A DNA stretch of 64,000 nt from contig CAIJXH010000004.1 of NCBI GenBank assembly GCA_903824595.1, forward strand, positions 40,697-104,696, read 5' to 3'. The notes below the pieces were generated by a model. That model was not told where the DNA came from. It searched no databases and saw only the letters and a list, made by a program, of their open reading frames with translations. The first letter of the stretch is position 1. Every line of letters begins with the position of its first letter. A program made the position numbers and the translations under genes. Shown here one piece after another: positions 18,216-28,350 of the stretch. This DNA is from an uncultured bacterium (GTDB lineage Bacteria > Patescibacteriota > Minisyncoccia > Phycocordibacterales > UBA2100).

Positions 18216-21200
18216 CTACATAAACTGTTCGGCAACATCATCGACAACTCGATTCACATCCACTGTTCTACCCGCGCGAATATCGGCGGAAAACGCCATG
18301 AGCATATCCTGAACACCCGTGATCACCGCGGGAAGCTTTTCTTCTTCTACTATACCCTTGAGTCTCGATGTCGCAATGGATGGTATCGATTCCCACAGAT
18401 TGGTAAAGGTTTTCTGCCACGGCGCGTCTGGATCCGCCACGATTGCGCGAACTTCCCTCGATTTCAGAAACGCCGCGGCTTTTCTCTGAAGCTCATCGTT
18501 TTTGCCTACCAACCGATCACGATCTTTGAGTGTGACCATCGGCGCGCGGGCGACTTCATCGCCAAATTCAGCCAGGCTTGCCAGAATTTCTTTTTTCTTC
18601 GCGACAACCTTGTTGGTCGCTTTTTGTATCTCTTCAACCTCCTTACTATACCCGCCCTCACGTTCTACTTTGACAGGAATCGCGCGCACAAGCGCTTCCG
18701 CCATCTTCACTTTGGACAATATTTCCGATCTTGCCTGTATCGCTTCGCGAGCTTCCACGCTCCGTTCGACGGAAGAAGACGCAACAACATCCGCACGGAT
18801 TGCCTCCGTCTTTGATGTCGCCTGCCCTTCTTGCTTGTCCCATTTTTTTGCGCGAGTGAAAGCTTCGGCAAACACTCCAGGTCCGCTCGTCCCCGCACTC
18901 GCGATCACTGTCCCCTCATCGCCCACATACCCAAGCCGCGCCGCGGCATGCGCGCCAACCGCACCACTATATCCCGCGAGCTCGCTCTGAAGTCGCATCA
19001 AGATGCGACGCGCTCCATCCGGATCAAACGCAACGCGAGCACGCAGCGACGCGTTCGGATCCAGGCGCTGCTGCGCCTCTTGCAAATCACTTCTCATGCG
19101 AGACTCTGTTTCCCCGTAGATGCCATACATAGGCGCATTGTTGAGTTTTCCGTTTGCAATCGCATATACCGAGTCATACAGAGAACGCGTGTCCGACAAT
19201 ATATTCATACGCCTTTCAACCTCACCCGGCATGGCACGAAGAGTCTGCTGTACTTCTTCAAATAGCGCGATGGCACCGCGAGGATCAGCATCTGCACGGA
19301 TGCGCCCGTGCCGTTCGAGCAACGCAACCGCTTTCGAATATAGTTGCGTCAATGCGAAAAAATCATCGGCAGTCATACCCGAACGATGAATCATCACAGG
19401 ATCAGCTTTTGCTTCAGCAACAGCATCTTCAACGGATTTCATGAGTGTGCGAGCCGGCTCGAGCAACACCTCCCTGTCTTTCCGCTGACGCTCTTGCTCA
19501 TTATCAGCTTCTTTTTGTTGTTCCGCATCGCGCTGATTACGCAACGCTTCTTCTTGTGTTTGGAAATATCGCACGATGTATCGATGTTCAAACACACCTG
19601 CCATGCTGTCGTACGTCTGATACGTGACGATTGCAGGATACGCATACAGCGCCTCACCACTGCGTCTCTCGGCGTATTTCATTGGAGACATGCCGAGACT
19701 CTCGACTGACGGCAGCGGACGCAACGCGACAGCCTCTACTACTTTCTCAGATCTGCCCGACCACCACGCTTCCCACTCCGCATTACATCGGTGCTCGTCA
19801 ATCGCATTTTTCAGCGACTCGATATCCTTCTGCTCGAAGCTCGTGCGTCCGATAGTGGTCCTATAGCGCACCTGCAAATCGGTGCCATGCACACCAATGA
19901 CTGGCATATCAGAATTCTCAATGCTCAGTACCGCATCAGCGGGAATAGTTATGACTGCACCGAATGTTTCCGGAGTGTTGTGCCACGGCGAATGGATAGC
20001 GGGAGTGAGATGATACTTCACCGAACATACGAAATCTCGCATGCGCACGCTTGTAGGATAGTAGTTGTTTAATTCCTCTTGCATCGTCTCATCGCAATAG
20101 TCTCGCAATGAAAGCCTGAGCCGATCATCGATACGCACCGCATCTTCTTTCGTCGAAATGCCGCCAAGACGATCTGCATACCATTGATCCATATTCGGCT
20201 TCTGTACGCGACCTCGCGAGCGAGCGTACAGCGCGTCAAGCTGTCCCAGCACATCACGATTGTATGATTCGCACGGGAGACCGATTATTCCGCTACTCAT
20301 CGCGCGCGCAAATACCTCAACAGCGCGCGCGCCCGCGATAACACGCTTCTCAACACCGAGCTGCACGCCACCACGTACCGTAGTGTACGTAACACTCGCA
20401 ACACATGTGTCCGTTGAAGGATCGTACGCTGGACTCGATTCTTGTTCGCGCACCAAATGCGGATGTATCTCACGCAGCAGCACTCCCGACACAGGATGTA
20501 CATCCGACGCGTAATTTCTCGTGATTTCGTGTCCACCGTGGGTGCCACGTCCCTCCGCTATAGAACCTGCCACACACAGCGCAGGTCTGGCATGAAACGC
20601 CGCCGATCCCGGCGAAAGCGTGATTTCTTGGTTGCCCCCCAGTGCTCGTATATAAGTCGGGAGACCGTATCCACTAGTCAGACACAACACATCAGCGGGA
20701 TATCCTGCCACAATCGCAGCTCCAAGGGACTCATCGTCGACCGTGCGCAACGAATCACCTAGCATCGAATAATCCAGACGCATCCCCGCATAGTGGGCAT
20801 AATCCTGGAGCCGATACGCGATATGCTCCAATGCTGATGCTTTTAGATAATACTTGTTGCACCACGCACGAAATTGATTTCGAGCAACTATTCCTTCGGG
20901 GATACCATCGCTTCGCATCGCCTCGATTACCCCGTTATCGATAGCAGCAATGAATATGTTGAGAGACTGGAGCAGATCGGAATTACCGCGCGAGAACACA
21001 TTTCGGATATCGCGGATGCGATCTTGCGCGCCCCGTCTCTTGTCCTGCCATGATACCCCCGCGGTACGCTCTATATCGGCATGCGATGGCAAAAGGAGTA
21101 CATTCTGCTCACGCTCAAACGCCGCAATGACCAACGCTGCCTCAATACATCCACGCCGCTGCGCTTCCACAACCATGCGGGCGATATGCGGCTCAAACGG

Positions 21201-22619
21201 CAGCTCCTTCATCTTCAATCCAATGTCGGTCAAGTGCTCCTGCTCATCAAGCGCGCCAACCATGATGAGTGTCTTGATGCCATGATCAATCGCCCCCTCC
21301 TGCGGCGCCTCCATAAATGGAAACGTACGAGGATCAATGCCCTCTCCCTTCAGACGCATCACCACCTGACTTAGATTTGCCCTCCTTATTTCCGACGCCG
21401 GATACTCCGGCAGCGCGTCGAATTCCTGCGCTGACAGTATGCGATAACACACCCCCGGCGCAACGCGACCAGCACGACCGGCGCGCTGAATCGCTTGAGA
21501 GCGAGAAATGAGCCCTGTCCCTCGCTCCACGATACCGGTGCTAGGATTGAAGACGACGGAGCGTTCGCGACAGGAGTCCACGACAATCTTGATACCGGGC
21601 ACCGTGACCGATGTCTCTGCGATATTCGTCGATACGATCACCCGCCTGCGACCGCCCTCATGTATCGACAATGCAAAATCGCGATCCTGCGGGCTCAAGC
21701 TGCCGTGAAGCGGCAATACGTCCGCCGCATCGGTCTGAATGCCAGCTCGCACGCCATTGATTACTTGCTGAATCTCACGCATACCAGGCATGAACACCAG
21801 CACATCTCCTTCTTGATCCGAACGACATACTTCAATCACCTTATCCACAACCAGGCTAATATATCCGTATTTGACACCACGATCATCCAATACCGGACGC
21901 TCGCCAGGCGAACAGTGCCGATGATCAATCGGATGCGATCTGCCCTCGACTTCCATGTGATCATCGCCTTGTGAACCAAAAAATGCATGCATTCGCTTCG
22001 CGTCAAACGTTGCACTTGTCAAGAGCACCGGCGGCGCACTACCTTGTTCGCGCATATATTTGATAAGACCGAGTGCAAGATGATTATCGAGTGAGCCTTC
22101 ATGCACTTCATCGAGTATCAAAGCGCCGATACTATCTTTTGAAACTGCACCTTCCTGGAGGTACCGGAGGAGAACACCCGGTGTCACAACCACAATGGCG
22201 CTATCCGACTTTCCAACCTTCGCTTCCGACGTACGAAATCCGACACCCTTGCCTAATTCTTCCCGCGACACTGCGGCAACTGCGCGAGCAATGCCACTTG
22301 CCGCATCGCGACGTGGCTGCATCATGAGTATTCGATCAGGCAATCCGAGCTGCTGTATTGCCGCGCGCACGGCAACGGGAGAAAAGACGGATTTTCCCGA
22401 CCCTGTGGGTGCAAGGAGTGTGAAAACACCAGATCCACAAGCGGCAGCTGCGAATCTATCGGTCAATTCGCGCATACGATGTCGTATCGGCAAGTCCTGC
22501 GCTTCAATGCGTCGCCGTAATTCTTCTTGACGATCGAAACTCGCGTACTTCATTTCTCCCGTCTCAAACGAAACCGTATTACGTCCCATTCTATTGGGTC
22601 TTGCCTCAAGTCCATCCAT
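18216..22619 (-). CDS. HrpA/HrpB-like DEAH-box RNA helicase with long C-terminal extension
   Basis: APTGSGKS, QPRR, DEVHE, SAT, FMPG, STNIAETSVT, QRAGRAGR, HA2 region. Confidence 0.88.
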   Translation of the reverse strand: MDGLEARPNRMGRNTVSFETGEMKYASFDRQEELRRRIEAQDLPIRHRMRELTDRFAAAACGSGVFTLLAPTGSGKSVFSPVAVRAAIQQLGLPDRILMMQPRRDAASGIARAVAAVSREELGKGVGFRTSEAKVGKSDSAIVVVTPGVLLRYLQEGAVSKDSIGALILDEVHEGSLDNHLALGLIKYMREQGSAPPVLLTSATFDAKRMHAFFGSQGDDHMEVEGRSHPIDHRHCSPGERPVLDDRGVKYGYISLVVDKVIEVCRSDQEGDVLVFMPGMREIQQVINGVRAGIQTDAADVLPLHGSLSPQDRDFALSIHEGGRRRVIVSTNIAETSVTVPGIKIVVDSCRERSVVFNPSTGIVERGTGLISRSQAIQRAGRAGRVAPGVCYRILSAQEFDALPEYPASEIRRANLSQVVMRLKGEGIDPRTFPFMEAPQEGAIDHGIKTLIMVGALDEQEHLTDIGLKMKELPFEPHIARMVVEAQRRGCIEAALVIAAFEREQNVLLLPSHADIERTAGVSWQDKRRGAQDRIRDIRNVFSRGNSDLLQSLNIFIAAIDNGVIEAMRSDGIPEGIVARNQFRAWCNKYYLKASALEHIAYRLQDYAHYAGMRLDYSMLGDSLRTVDDESLGAAIVAGYPADVLCLTSGYGLPTYIRALGGNQEITLSPGSAAFHARPALCVAGSIAEGRGTHGGHEITRNYASDVHPVSGVLLREIHPHLVREQESSPAYDPSTDTCVASVTYTTVRGGVQLGVEKRVIAGARAVEVFARAMSSGIIGLPCESYNRDVLGQLDALYARSRGRVQKPNMDQWYADRLGGISTKEDAVRIDDRLRLSLRDYCDETMQEELNNYYPTSVRMRDFVCSVKYHLTPAIHSPWHNTPETFGAVITIPADAVLSIENSDMPVIGVHGTDLQVRYRTTIGRTSFEQKDIESLKNAIDEHRCNAEWEAWWSGRSEKVVEAVALRPLPSVESLGMSPMKYAERRSGEALYAYPAIVTYQTYDSMAGVFEHRYIVRYFQTQEEALRNQRDAEQQKEADNEQERQRKDREVLLEPARTLMKSVEDAVAEAKADPVMIHRSGMTADDFFALTQLYSKAVALLERHGRIRADADPRGAIALFEEVQQTLRAMPGEVERRMNILSDTRSLYDSVYAIANGKLNNAPMYGIYGETESRMRSDLQEAQQRLDPNASLRARVAFDPDGARRILMRLQSELAGYSGAVGAHAAARLGYVGDEGTVIASAGTSGPGVFAEAFTRAKKWDKQEGQATSKTEAIRADVVASSSVERSVEAREAIQARSEILSKVKMAEALVRAIPVKVEREGGYSKEVEEIQKATNKVVAKKKEILASLAEFGDEVARAPMVTLKDRDRLVGKNDELQRKAAAFLKSREVRAIVADPDAPWQKTFTNLWESIPSIATSRLKGIVEEEKLPAVITGVQDMLMAFSADIRAGRTVDVNRVVDDVAEQFM

Positions 22620-22621
22620 AC

Positions 22622-23221
22622 CTATTGCATCAGGATACTGTCTTCGTACCACACAGACTTCGACCCGACAGCAAACCAATCAAACGCGAGCAGCGCGGGT
22701 AGTGTCGGGCACACACCACGCAACATAACGTGCTCTTTGTATGGTGAGCTCTGATAGAGAATCGTGAGAAATGCACGCAGACGATCACCCGAACCACTCA
22801 TCCCTGCCTCATCCCATATTTCATGCAACAACATGACACATTCACCATTTTTCTTGTCGACATCTTGCGCCGCAACAAAGGAAAGCAGTTCGTCTTTCGT
22901 CCATTCTGTCGGGAGAATGACGTCAAGCGGCTGGATACATGCACCGGTATCCATCAGAGAATACAGCAGTGTGGCGGGGGCGGTGTCGGTATTTCGATAC
23001 GTGCACGCCGCCGCAATGTTCTTCACCGCAGCAAACAGCGGCATCATGAAGAGAAGCGGCGCATCACCACACAACTCAACCGCCTCGCTCGAAATTGAAC
23101 GCACGAGCATATCTATTTCATATCGCACGCGCGCCGCATCATGCACCCATGCACCTGCAACGCCAGGGATACGTACTGTACAGTATTCAACAAGAGACTC
23201 CGTACATACAGAATTCCCCAT
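22622..23221 (-). CDS. Hypothetical protein with an internal duplication
   Basis: TATACT 8 nt before ATG; stop lies 2 nt from the helicase start; two VxLxGxxP-helix-Y repeats. Confidence 0.55.
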   Translation of the reverse strand: MGNSVCTESLVEYCTVRIPGVAGAWVHDAARVRYEIDMLVRSISSEAVELCGDAPLLFMMPLFAAVKNIAAACTYRNTDTAPATLLYSLMDTGACIQPLDVILPTEWTKDELLSFVAAQDVDKKNGECVMLLHEIWDEAGMSGSGDRLRAFLTILYQSSPYKEHVMLRGVCPTLPALLAFDWFAVGSKSVWYEDSILMQ

Positions 23222-23235
23222 ATCGCACCAGTATA

Positions 23236-23835
23236 TCACGCACCGCTTGTGTCTCGAGTATTCTGCACCTCTCCGCCTCCACACATATTATCTTGATAAT
23301 ATCGGAACATCGGACTCTCGCGCAAATTTTGTTCAAGCTCCATAAAACGCTGGAACTTGTCGCAAAATTGCCGCGCGATGTTTTTGAACTCATCGCTTTG
23401 CCTCTCATCGACTTCGAGGAAAGAATCGTCAGCGCCACACGCAAGCTGGTCGCATTCTTCAGAAATCACAGCGATCTGTCTGATGTCTTTGCGAAACCTG
23501 AACAGTGTCCTCTGATTTACTGTCGTAGAACCATGAAGAGGATCGATAAAATTACCATTGACCATCTGGTACATCGGGAAGATTTCTTTCGCGAAAGACG
23601 ACATGTGTCGGATGCTTTCTACCATATGATCAAAAGCCTCAATAGGCCTCATGGTTTCCGGAATGGTCAGTTTCTCGGCGATCGAAGTCGATTCGCCCAT
23701 TTCGCTTTCCGGAACAGTACGCAAGTGACGTGCAGTATCCATCGTATGTGCACCAAGAGCTGCTGCTCCAAAACCAACCATACCAGCTGCCTTAATAAAC
23801 TGACGACGATTCAAATGTTCACCCTCAATACTCAT
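23236..23835 (-). CDS. Hypothetical protein with twin-arginine-like N-terminus
   Basis: LNRRQFIK followed by a hydrophobic segment; TGATACTAT 6 nt before ATG. Confidence 0.65.
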   Translation of the reverse strand: MSIEGEHLNRRQFIKAAGMVGFGAAALGAHTMDTARHLRTVPESEMGESTSIAEKLTIPETMRPIEAFDHMVESIRHMSSFAKEIFPMYQMVNGNFIDPLHGSTTVNQRTLFRFRKDIRQIAVISEECDQLACGADDSFLEVDERQSDEFKNIARQFCDKFQRFMELEQNLRESPMFRYYQDNMCGGGEVQNTRDTSGA

Positions 23836-24086
23836 GCAATCATAGTATCATATAATTTCGCATCGATGAGTGCTGCCCGCATATCCCACGTGGAAGCAAA
23901 GACGAGCGCGGGCTGCGCGAGGATGAGGCAGAGGGCAAGGGTGGTGAGGTGAGGAAGGGTTTCGTTGGGTTATTTTCCGAATGTATTTTTGTATTCATCA
24001 GCATGTTTCTGAAAAAAGGTCAAAAATACTTCTATGGGGATAGTAGCATTGGAAAATACGGTGGGTTCTACGATAGATATCTCGCT

Positions 24087-24947
24087 CTACCGCTGTAATA
24101 CCTGCACTCTTTTGCCATCCGACTGAAACGTGATGGTACCCTGATCGCACGTATCAAGCGCCTGAACACCAAACCGATGGAAGATCGCTACCGTCTCCGC
24201 ATGCGGAAAACCATAGGTATTTTTGCATGCTCGCGAATACACCACATACTGCGGATCAACATATCCGACAAACAGAGGCGATGATGATGTTCTTGAACCA
24301 TGATGCCCTGCTTTGAGCACATTTGATTTGAGTGTCGCGCCGTCCAGAGAAGCTATGTAATTTTCAACCGCTCGCGGCGCGTCGCATGAAAACATGAACG
24401 ACGTCGTCCCATACACGAGCCGTGCGATCACGCATCCCACATTCGTGTCCACCGATGATACACGACGATCAGGCGACAGTATTTCGAGATACGCTCCCTT
24501 TCCTAAATCGATAATTTGTCCGCGCTGTGCCGTCACACGCAACGCACCCTCCTCATCTGCTTCTTTTTCAAACGTATTCCACGCCGCAGTACTACCCTGT
24601 ACGCTCGATTGCATAATCATGCCTATTCGATAACGAGGCAACACATCGATAAGTCCACCGATATGATCCATGTCTGGATGCGTCGCAATCATCACGTCTA
24701 TCGAGCGACTCCTCCAGGACATACGCGCACCGAGCTCGCGTACTACGCTCACATCCGGTCCGCCGTCGATAAGCACAGTCCTCCCAGACGGACTCACCAT
24801 AAACACCGCATCACCTTGCCCTACATCAAGAAACGATACGGTGAGCAATGTGCCATTTTCTTGCGACAATACGACATACCAAATACACACAACCCCCAAC
24901 GCCAATATCCCCACTACGATTCCTGCAACGCGAGCACTCGTGCGCAT
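24087..24947 (-). CDS. ComEC-type metallo-beta-lactamase-fold nuclease (stand-alone)
   Basis: FLDVGQGDA, LIDGG, THPDMDHIGG, KAGHHGS; N-terminal TM. Confidence 0.9.
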   Translation of the reverse strand: MRTSARVAGIVVGILALGVVCIWYVVLSQENGTLLTVSFLDVGQGDAVFMVSPSGRTVLIDGGPDVSVVRELGARMSWRSRSIDVMIATHPDMDHIGGLIDVLPRYRIGMIMQSSVQGSTAAWNTFEKEADEEGALRVTAQRGQIIDLGKGAYLEILSPDRRVSSVDTNVGCVIARLVYGTTSFMFSCDAPRAVENYIASLDGATLKSNVLKAGHHGSRTSSSPLFVGYVDPQYVVYSRACKNTYGFPHAETVAIFHRFGVQALDTCDQGTITFQSDGKRVQVLQR

Positions 24948-24992
24948 CCTTGTATCATATACCCACGCGAACGCGAAACATCACCCAATCGC

Positions 24993-25259
24993 CTATTTCG
25001 TGATCACGGCAATGCGTTTCGTTATGCGCGATTTTATGCGTGCACCTGCGTTTTTCTTGATAAGACCCTGCTTTACCGCTTTATCTACCGCCTGATAGAG
25101 CGACGGGAGCTGTTTTTCTGCTTCGCTGCCTTTTTTGGAGACAATAGATTTTGAAACTTCTTTGATAGAAGTCTTCATGGTTTTCTTGCGGCGCGCATTG
25201 AATACGGCGCGGCGATCCGCCACGCGCTGTGCTTTCTTTGCCGAACTGGTATGTGCCAT
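24993..25259 (-). CDS. rpsT: 30S ribosomal protein S20
   Basis: SAKKAQR...N...K, DKAVKQGLIKKNAGARIKSR. Confidence 0.95.
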   Translation of the reverse strand: MAHTSSAKKAQRVADRRAVFNARRKKTMKTSIKEVSKSIVSKKGSEAEKQLPSLYQAVDKAVKQGLIKKNAGARIKSRITKRIAVITK

Positions 25260-25312
25260 GCCGAGACTGTACACGAAATGCGCTTCTCGCGCAACCGCGC
25301 TATGATAGTGGC

Positions 25313-25885
25313 ATGATCGGACACATACAGGGCACGGTTTTTGCCGCTCGAGCGGGGTTTGTTATTGTCTCCGCGGGGGACGTTGGATACAAAGTGGCAG
25401 CTACCAACGAAACCATACGCCAATCCCCCCCGGGGGCACGCGTCGGACTATGGACGTATCTTGCGGTACGCGAAACAGCGCTCGATCTCTACGGGTTTGC
25501 AGATGAATCGGAACTCCGCATATTTGAATTACTTCTCACCGTCTCCGGGATCGGCCCCAAGTCGGCACTTGCCATCCTAGACATTTCTCACGCTGAAACA
25601 CTTCGAAGCGCCATTGCCAGCGGTAACGCAGGATACCTTACGAAAGTCTCTGGTATCGGCAAGAAGACTGCCGAGAAGATCGTCCTTGAACTTCGCGACA
25701 AGATCGGTGCCAGCATCGATACACGCGGGCACACGCTGTCGGGCGACGAAGAAGCACTCGAAGCTATGAAGGCGCTTGGCTATGCGAGCACTGAAGCGCG
25801 CGATATATTACGAACCGTCCCCCCCACTTTCGTCACGGGAACAGAACGTTTGCGAGAAGCGCTTCGTATTGCAGGAAGAGCATAA
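25313..25885 (+). CDS. ruvA: Holliday junction branch migration protein RuvA
   Basis: MIGHIQG, VGY, LYGF, VSGIGPK, GIGKKTAEKIVLEL, ALGY. Confidence 0.95.
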   Translation: MIGHIQGTVFAARAGFVIVSAGDVGYKVAATNETIRQSPPGARVGLWTYLAVRETALDLYGFADESELRIFELLLTVSGIGPKSALAILDISHAETLRSAIASGNAGYLTKVSGIGKKTAEKIVLELRDKIGASIDTRGHTLSGDEEALEAMKALGYASTEARDILRTVPPTFVTGTERLREALRIAGRA

Positions 25886-25892
25886 CCACGGT

Positions 25893-27167
25893 ATGCAACC
25901 CAACACCACCGCGTTCAAGAAAATCATTCACTCGTGCGGGCGCATGATTCAAACGGCATATCACTATGCGCTTGCGTGGCTTGGCGATGTCGTCTACGAA
26001 CATCCTTCCGCGTCGATCATGGTAATTGCAGTAACAGGCACCAAAGGCAAATCGAGTGTGACGGAAATGATCAATGCGATTCTTGAAGCCGATGGGCGCG
26101 TTACGGCAGTCTCAAATTCAATTCGTTTCAAAATCGCCCGTACATCTACACCCAACACAACACGCATGTCGATGCCGGGGCGTTTCGCTCTGCAGAGATT
26201 CCTCTCCGACGCAGTCGATGCGGGATGTTCGGTTGCTATCGTGGAAATGACATCGGAGGGTGCGCGACAATATCGGCATCGATTCATAGAGCTCGACGCG
26301 CTCGTATTTACCAATCTCGCGCCAGAACACATTGAATCGCACGGATCATTCAGTGCATACGCCGATGCAAAATATCGCATCGGATCCAATCTTGTTCGAT
26401 CGTCCAAGCGGCCGCGCATAGTGGTTGCAAATGCAGACGATCCAGAAAGCACGCGTTACCTCACCCTACCCATCGAGCAACCACTTCCCGTTACCCTCAA
26501 AGACGGCTCGCCCTATAGCGCCGATGGAAGAGGGGCGACGTTCACATTTGATAACACAAGCATTCATATTTCGTTTCCCGGGGAATTTTCGATTCGCAAC
26601 GCGCTCGCCGCAGCAACACTCACGCGCGCTCTTGGCATATCCACCGCAACAATCGCGCGTGGACTACGCGCGCTCACAATCATACCGGGCAGAGCAGAAC
26701 GCATCGAAGCGGGGCAGAACTTTACCGTCATCGTCGACTACGCGCACACGCCCGACTCGCTCGAGGCTCTCTATTCCGCGTATGGCAGCATGCGCAAAAT
26801 TTGCGTGCTTGGCTCATGCGGCGGCGGACGCGACACATGGAAAAGACCGCTCATGGGTCACATCGCGAGTACTCATTGCGATACCGTTATTCTCACCAAT
26901 GAAGATCCGTACGATGAGGATCCGAGAGTCATCGTAGGCGACCTCTCGCATGGCATGGGAAGCAAAACACCAGAGATCATCATGGATCGCCGTCTTGCCA
27001 TTCGCCGCGCGCTCGAACTCGCTCACGCCAGTGATGTGGTATTGATAACAGGCAAAGGAACCGACCCGTCGATCATGGGACCACGCGGCACTCACTCTCC
27101 ATGGAGTGACGCAGAAGTTACACGATCAGAAATAGAATCACTCCTCAAGAAAAGGAGCGCGCTATAA
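25893..27167 (+). CDS. murE: MurE-like Mur ligase
   Basis: VTGTKGKSS, EMTSEG, FTNLAPEH, VDYAHTPD, GGGRD, EDPYDE, ITGKG. Confidence 0.8.
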   Translation: MQPNTTAFKKIIHSCGRMIQTAYHYALAWLGDVVYEHPSASIMVIAVTGTKGKSSVTEMINAILEADGRVTAVSNSIRFKIARTSTPNTTRMSMPGRFALQRFLSDAVDAGCSVAIVEMTSEGARQYRHRFIELDALVFTNLAPEHIESHGSFSAYADAKYRIGSNLVRSSKRPRIVVANADDPESTRYLTLPIEQPLPVTLKDGSPYSADGRGATFTFDNTSIHISFPGEFSIRNALAAATLTRALGISTATIARGLRALTIIPGRAERIEAGQNFTVIVDYAHTPDSLEALYSAYGSMRKICVLGSCGGGRDTWKRPLMGHIASTHCDTVILTNEDPYDEDPRVIVGDLSHGMGSKTPEIIMDRRLAIRRALELAHASDVVLITGKGTDPSIMGPRGTHSPWSDAEVTRSEIESLLKKRSAL

Positions 27168-27175
27168 TACGCACC

Positions 27176-27514
27176 ATGATACTCAAGATTTTGAAGTGGA
27201 TCGTTATCACCATAGTCGTCGGACTGTTTCTGCTGTGGCTCGGCACAGGAGGCTTCAGTGCCATAATTGCCAATGCAAAAAAATTCTCAAACCCGATACA
27301 AAGCGTACCCGATGTTGGCTCTCTCGTTGCCAAAGGATTGCAGTGGAATTTTGTATTGCCGTGGCAGCCCGACCTGACTCAACTCGGAGCCCACCTCTCT
27401 CCCGATACCACCGATTCGAGCACTTCCCTCGACAGCGCCGCGATTCAAGAAGAAGTGTCGTCCATAAAAAACCAGGTTGATTCCCTTGAGTCGTATATCA
27501 ACCACAAAAACTGA
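27176..27514 (+). CDS. Hypothetical membrane-anchored protein
   Basis: N-terminal TM; TATAAT 7 nt before ATG. Confidence 0.65.
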   Translation: MILKILKWIVITIVVGLFLLWLGTGGFSAIIANAKKFSNPIQSVPDVGSLVAKGLQWNFVLPWQPDLTQLGAHLSPDTTDSSTSLDSAAIQEEVSSIKNQVDSLESYINHKN

Positions 27515-27965
27515 AGAGAATAACGCCTGCCGCAACAGAAACATTGAGTGATTCCTTTTGCCCGTGCATGGGAATTTCGATGAGTGCGTCGCACCGATCG
27601 CGGAGTGCGGGAGCGATACCACGCACTTCGTTGCCAAAAATAAACAGTGTGCGCGCAGCGGCGACAAACTTCCGATAGTCGATTGATCGCGCGTCTTGCT
27701 CCACTCCCACGATTGTCCATCCTTCTTTCTTGAGTCGTTCAATAACGACGACAGGCGACGTGGCATATTCCCAGCGCATAGATGTCTCCGCACCGAGCGC
27801 CGTTTTTGCAATCTCCTTTTGCGGACGACCGAAGCGATCCACGGGCACTGGCGTATAGCCCGAAAGATAGACGGCAGACGCACCGGCGCCGTCGGCACTC
27901 CGAAGCACCGATCCCACATTGTGAGCGCTTCGCACATTATGCAACAGCACCGCGATTTCACGCAT
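27498..27965 (-). CDS. SpoU/TrmH-family RNA methyltransferase
   Basis: HNVRSAHNVGSVLRSAD, FGNEVRG, IPMHGQKESLNVSVA. Confidence 0.92.
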   Translation of the reverse strand: MREIAVLLHNVRSAHNVGSVLRSADGAGASAVYLSGYTPVPVDRFGRPQKEIAKTALGAETSMRWEYATSPVVVIERLKKEGWTIVGVEQDARSIDYRKFVAAARTLFIFGNEVRGIAPALRDRCDALIEIPMHGQKESLNVSVAAGVILFSFCG

Positions 27966-27999
27966 GGCGACACAGTACCATGCCGTGTATAATCGTGAC

Positions 28000-28335
28000 A
28001 TGTTTGCGATATTTCCAAATATTCTATTCCTCGCGCCGCTTGCGCCACTCATCATCCGCGTCGCTCTTGCGGTGGTTTTTGTCTACTGCGCATGGCAACA
28101 CATGAAAACACGCAGTCTCTTGGCGTCGGCACTCATTGAAACAATCATCGCCACCGCTCTTGCCGCCGGCGCATGGACACAGCCCGCCGCACTGCTCGCT
28201 CTTTTTGTCCTTGGCACTATGCTGTTGCAATCCAGTCGCCCCCTCGCCCGCCCCACTCTTTTCCTCGCACTCGTCATGTGCCTCTCCCTCATCCTCACCG
28301 GCGCAGGAGCGCTCGCTTTCGATCTACCGCTCTGA
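28000..28335 (+). CDS. Small membrane protein (DoxX-like)
   Basis: Four hydrophobic segments, TGAGALAFD; TATAAT 6 nt before ATG. Confidence 0.65.
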   Translation: MFAIFPNILFLAPLAPLIIRVALAVVFVYCAWQHMKTRSLLASALIETIIATALAAGAWTQPAALLALFVLGTMLLQSSRPLARPTLFLALVMCLSLILTGAGALAFDLPL

Positions 28336-28350
28336 TTCGCGCCGACGCAA

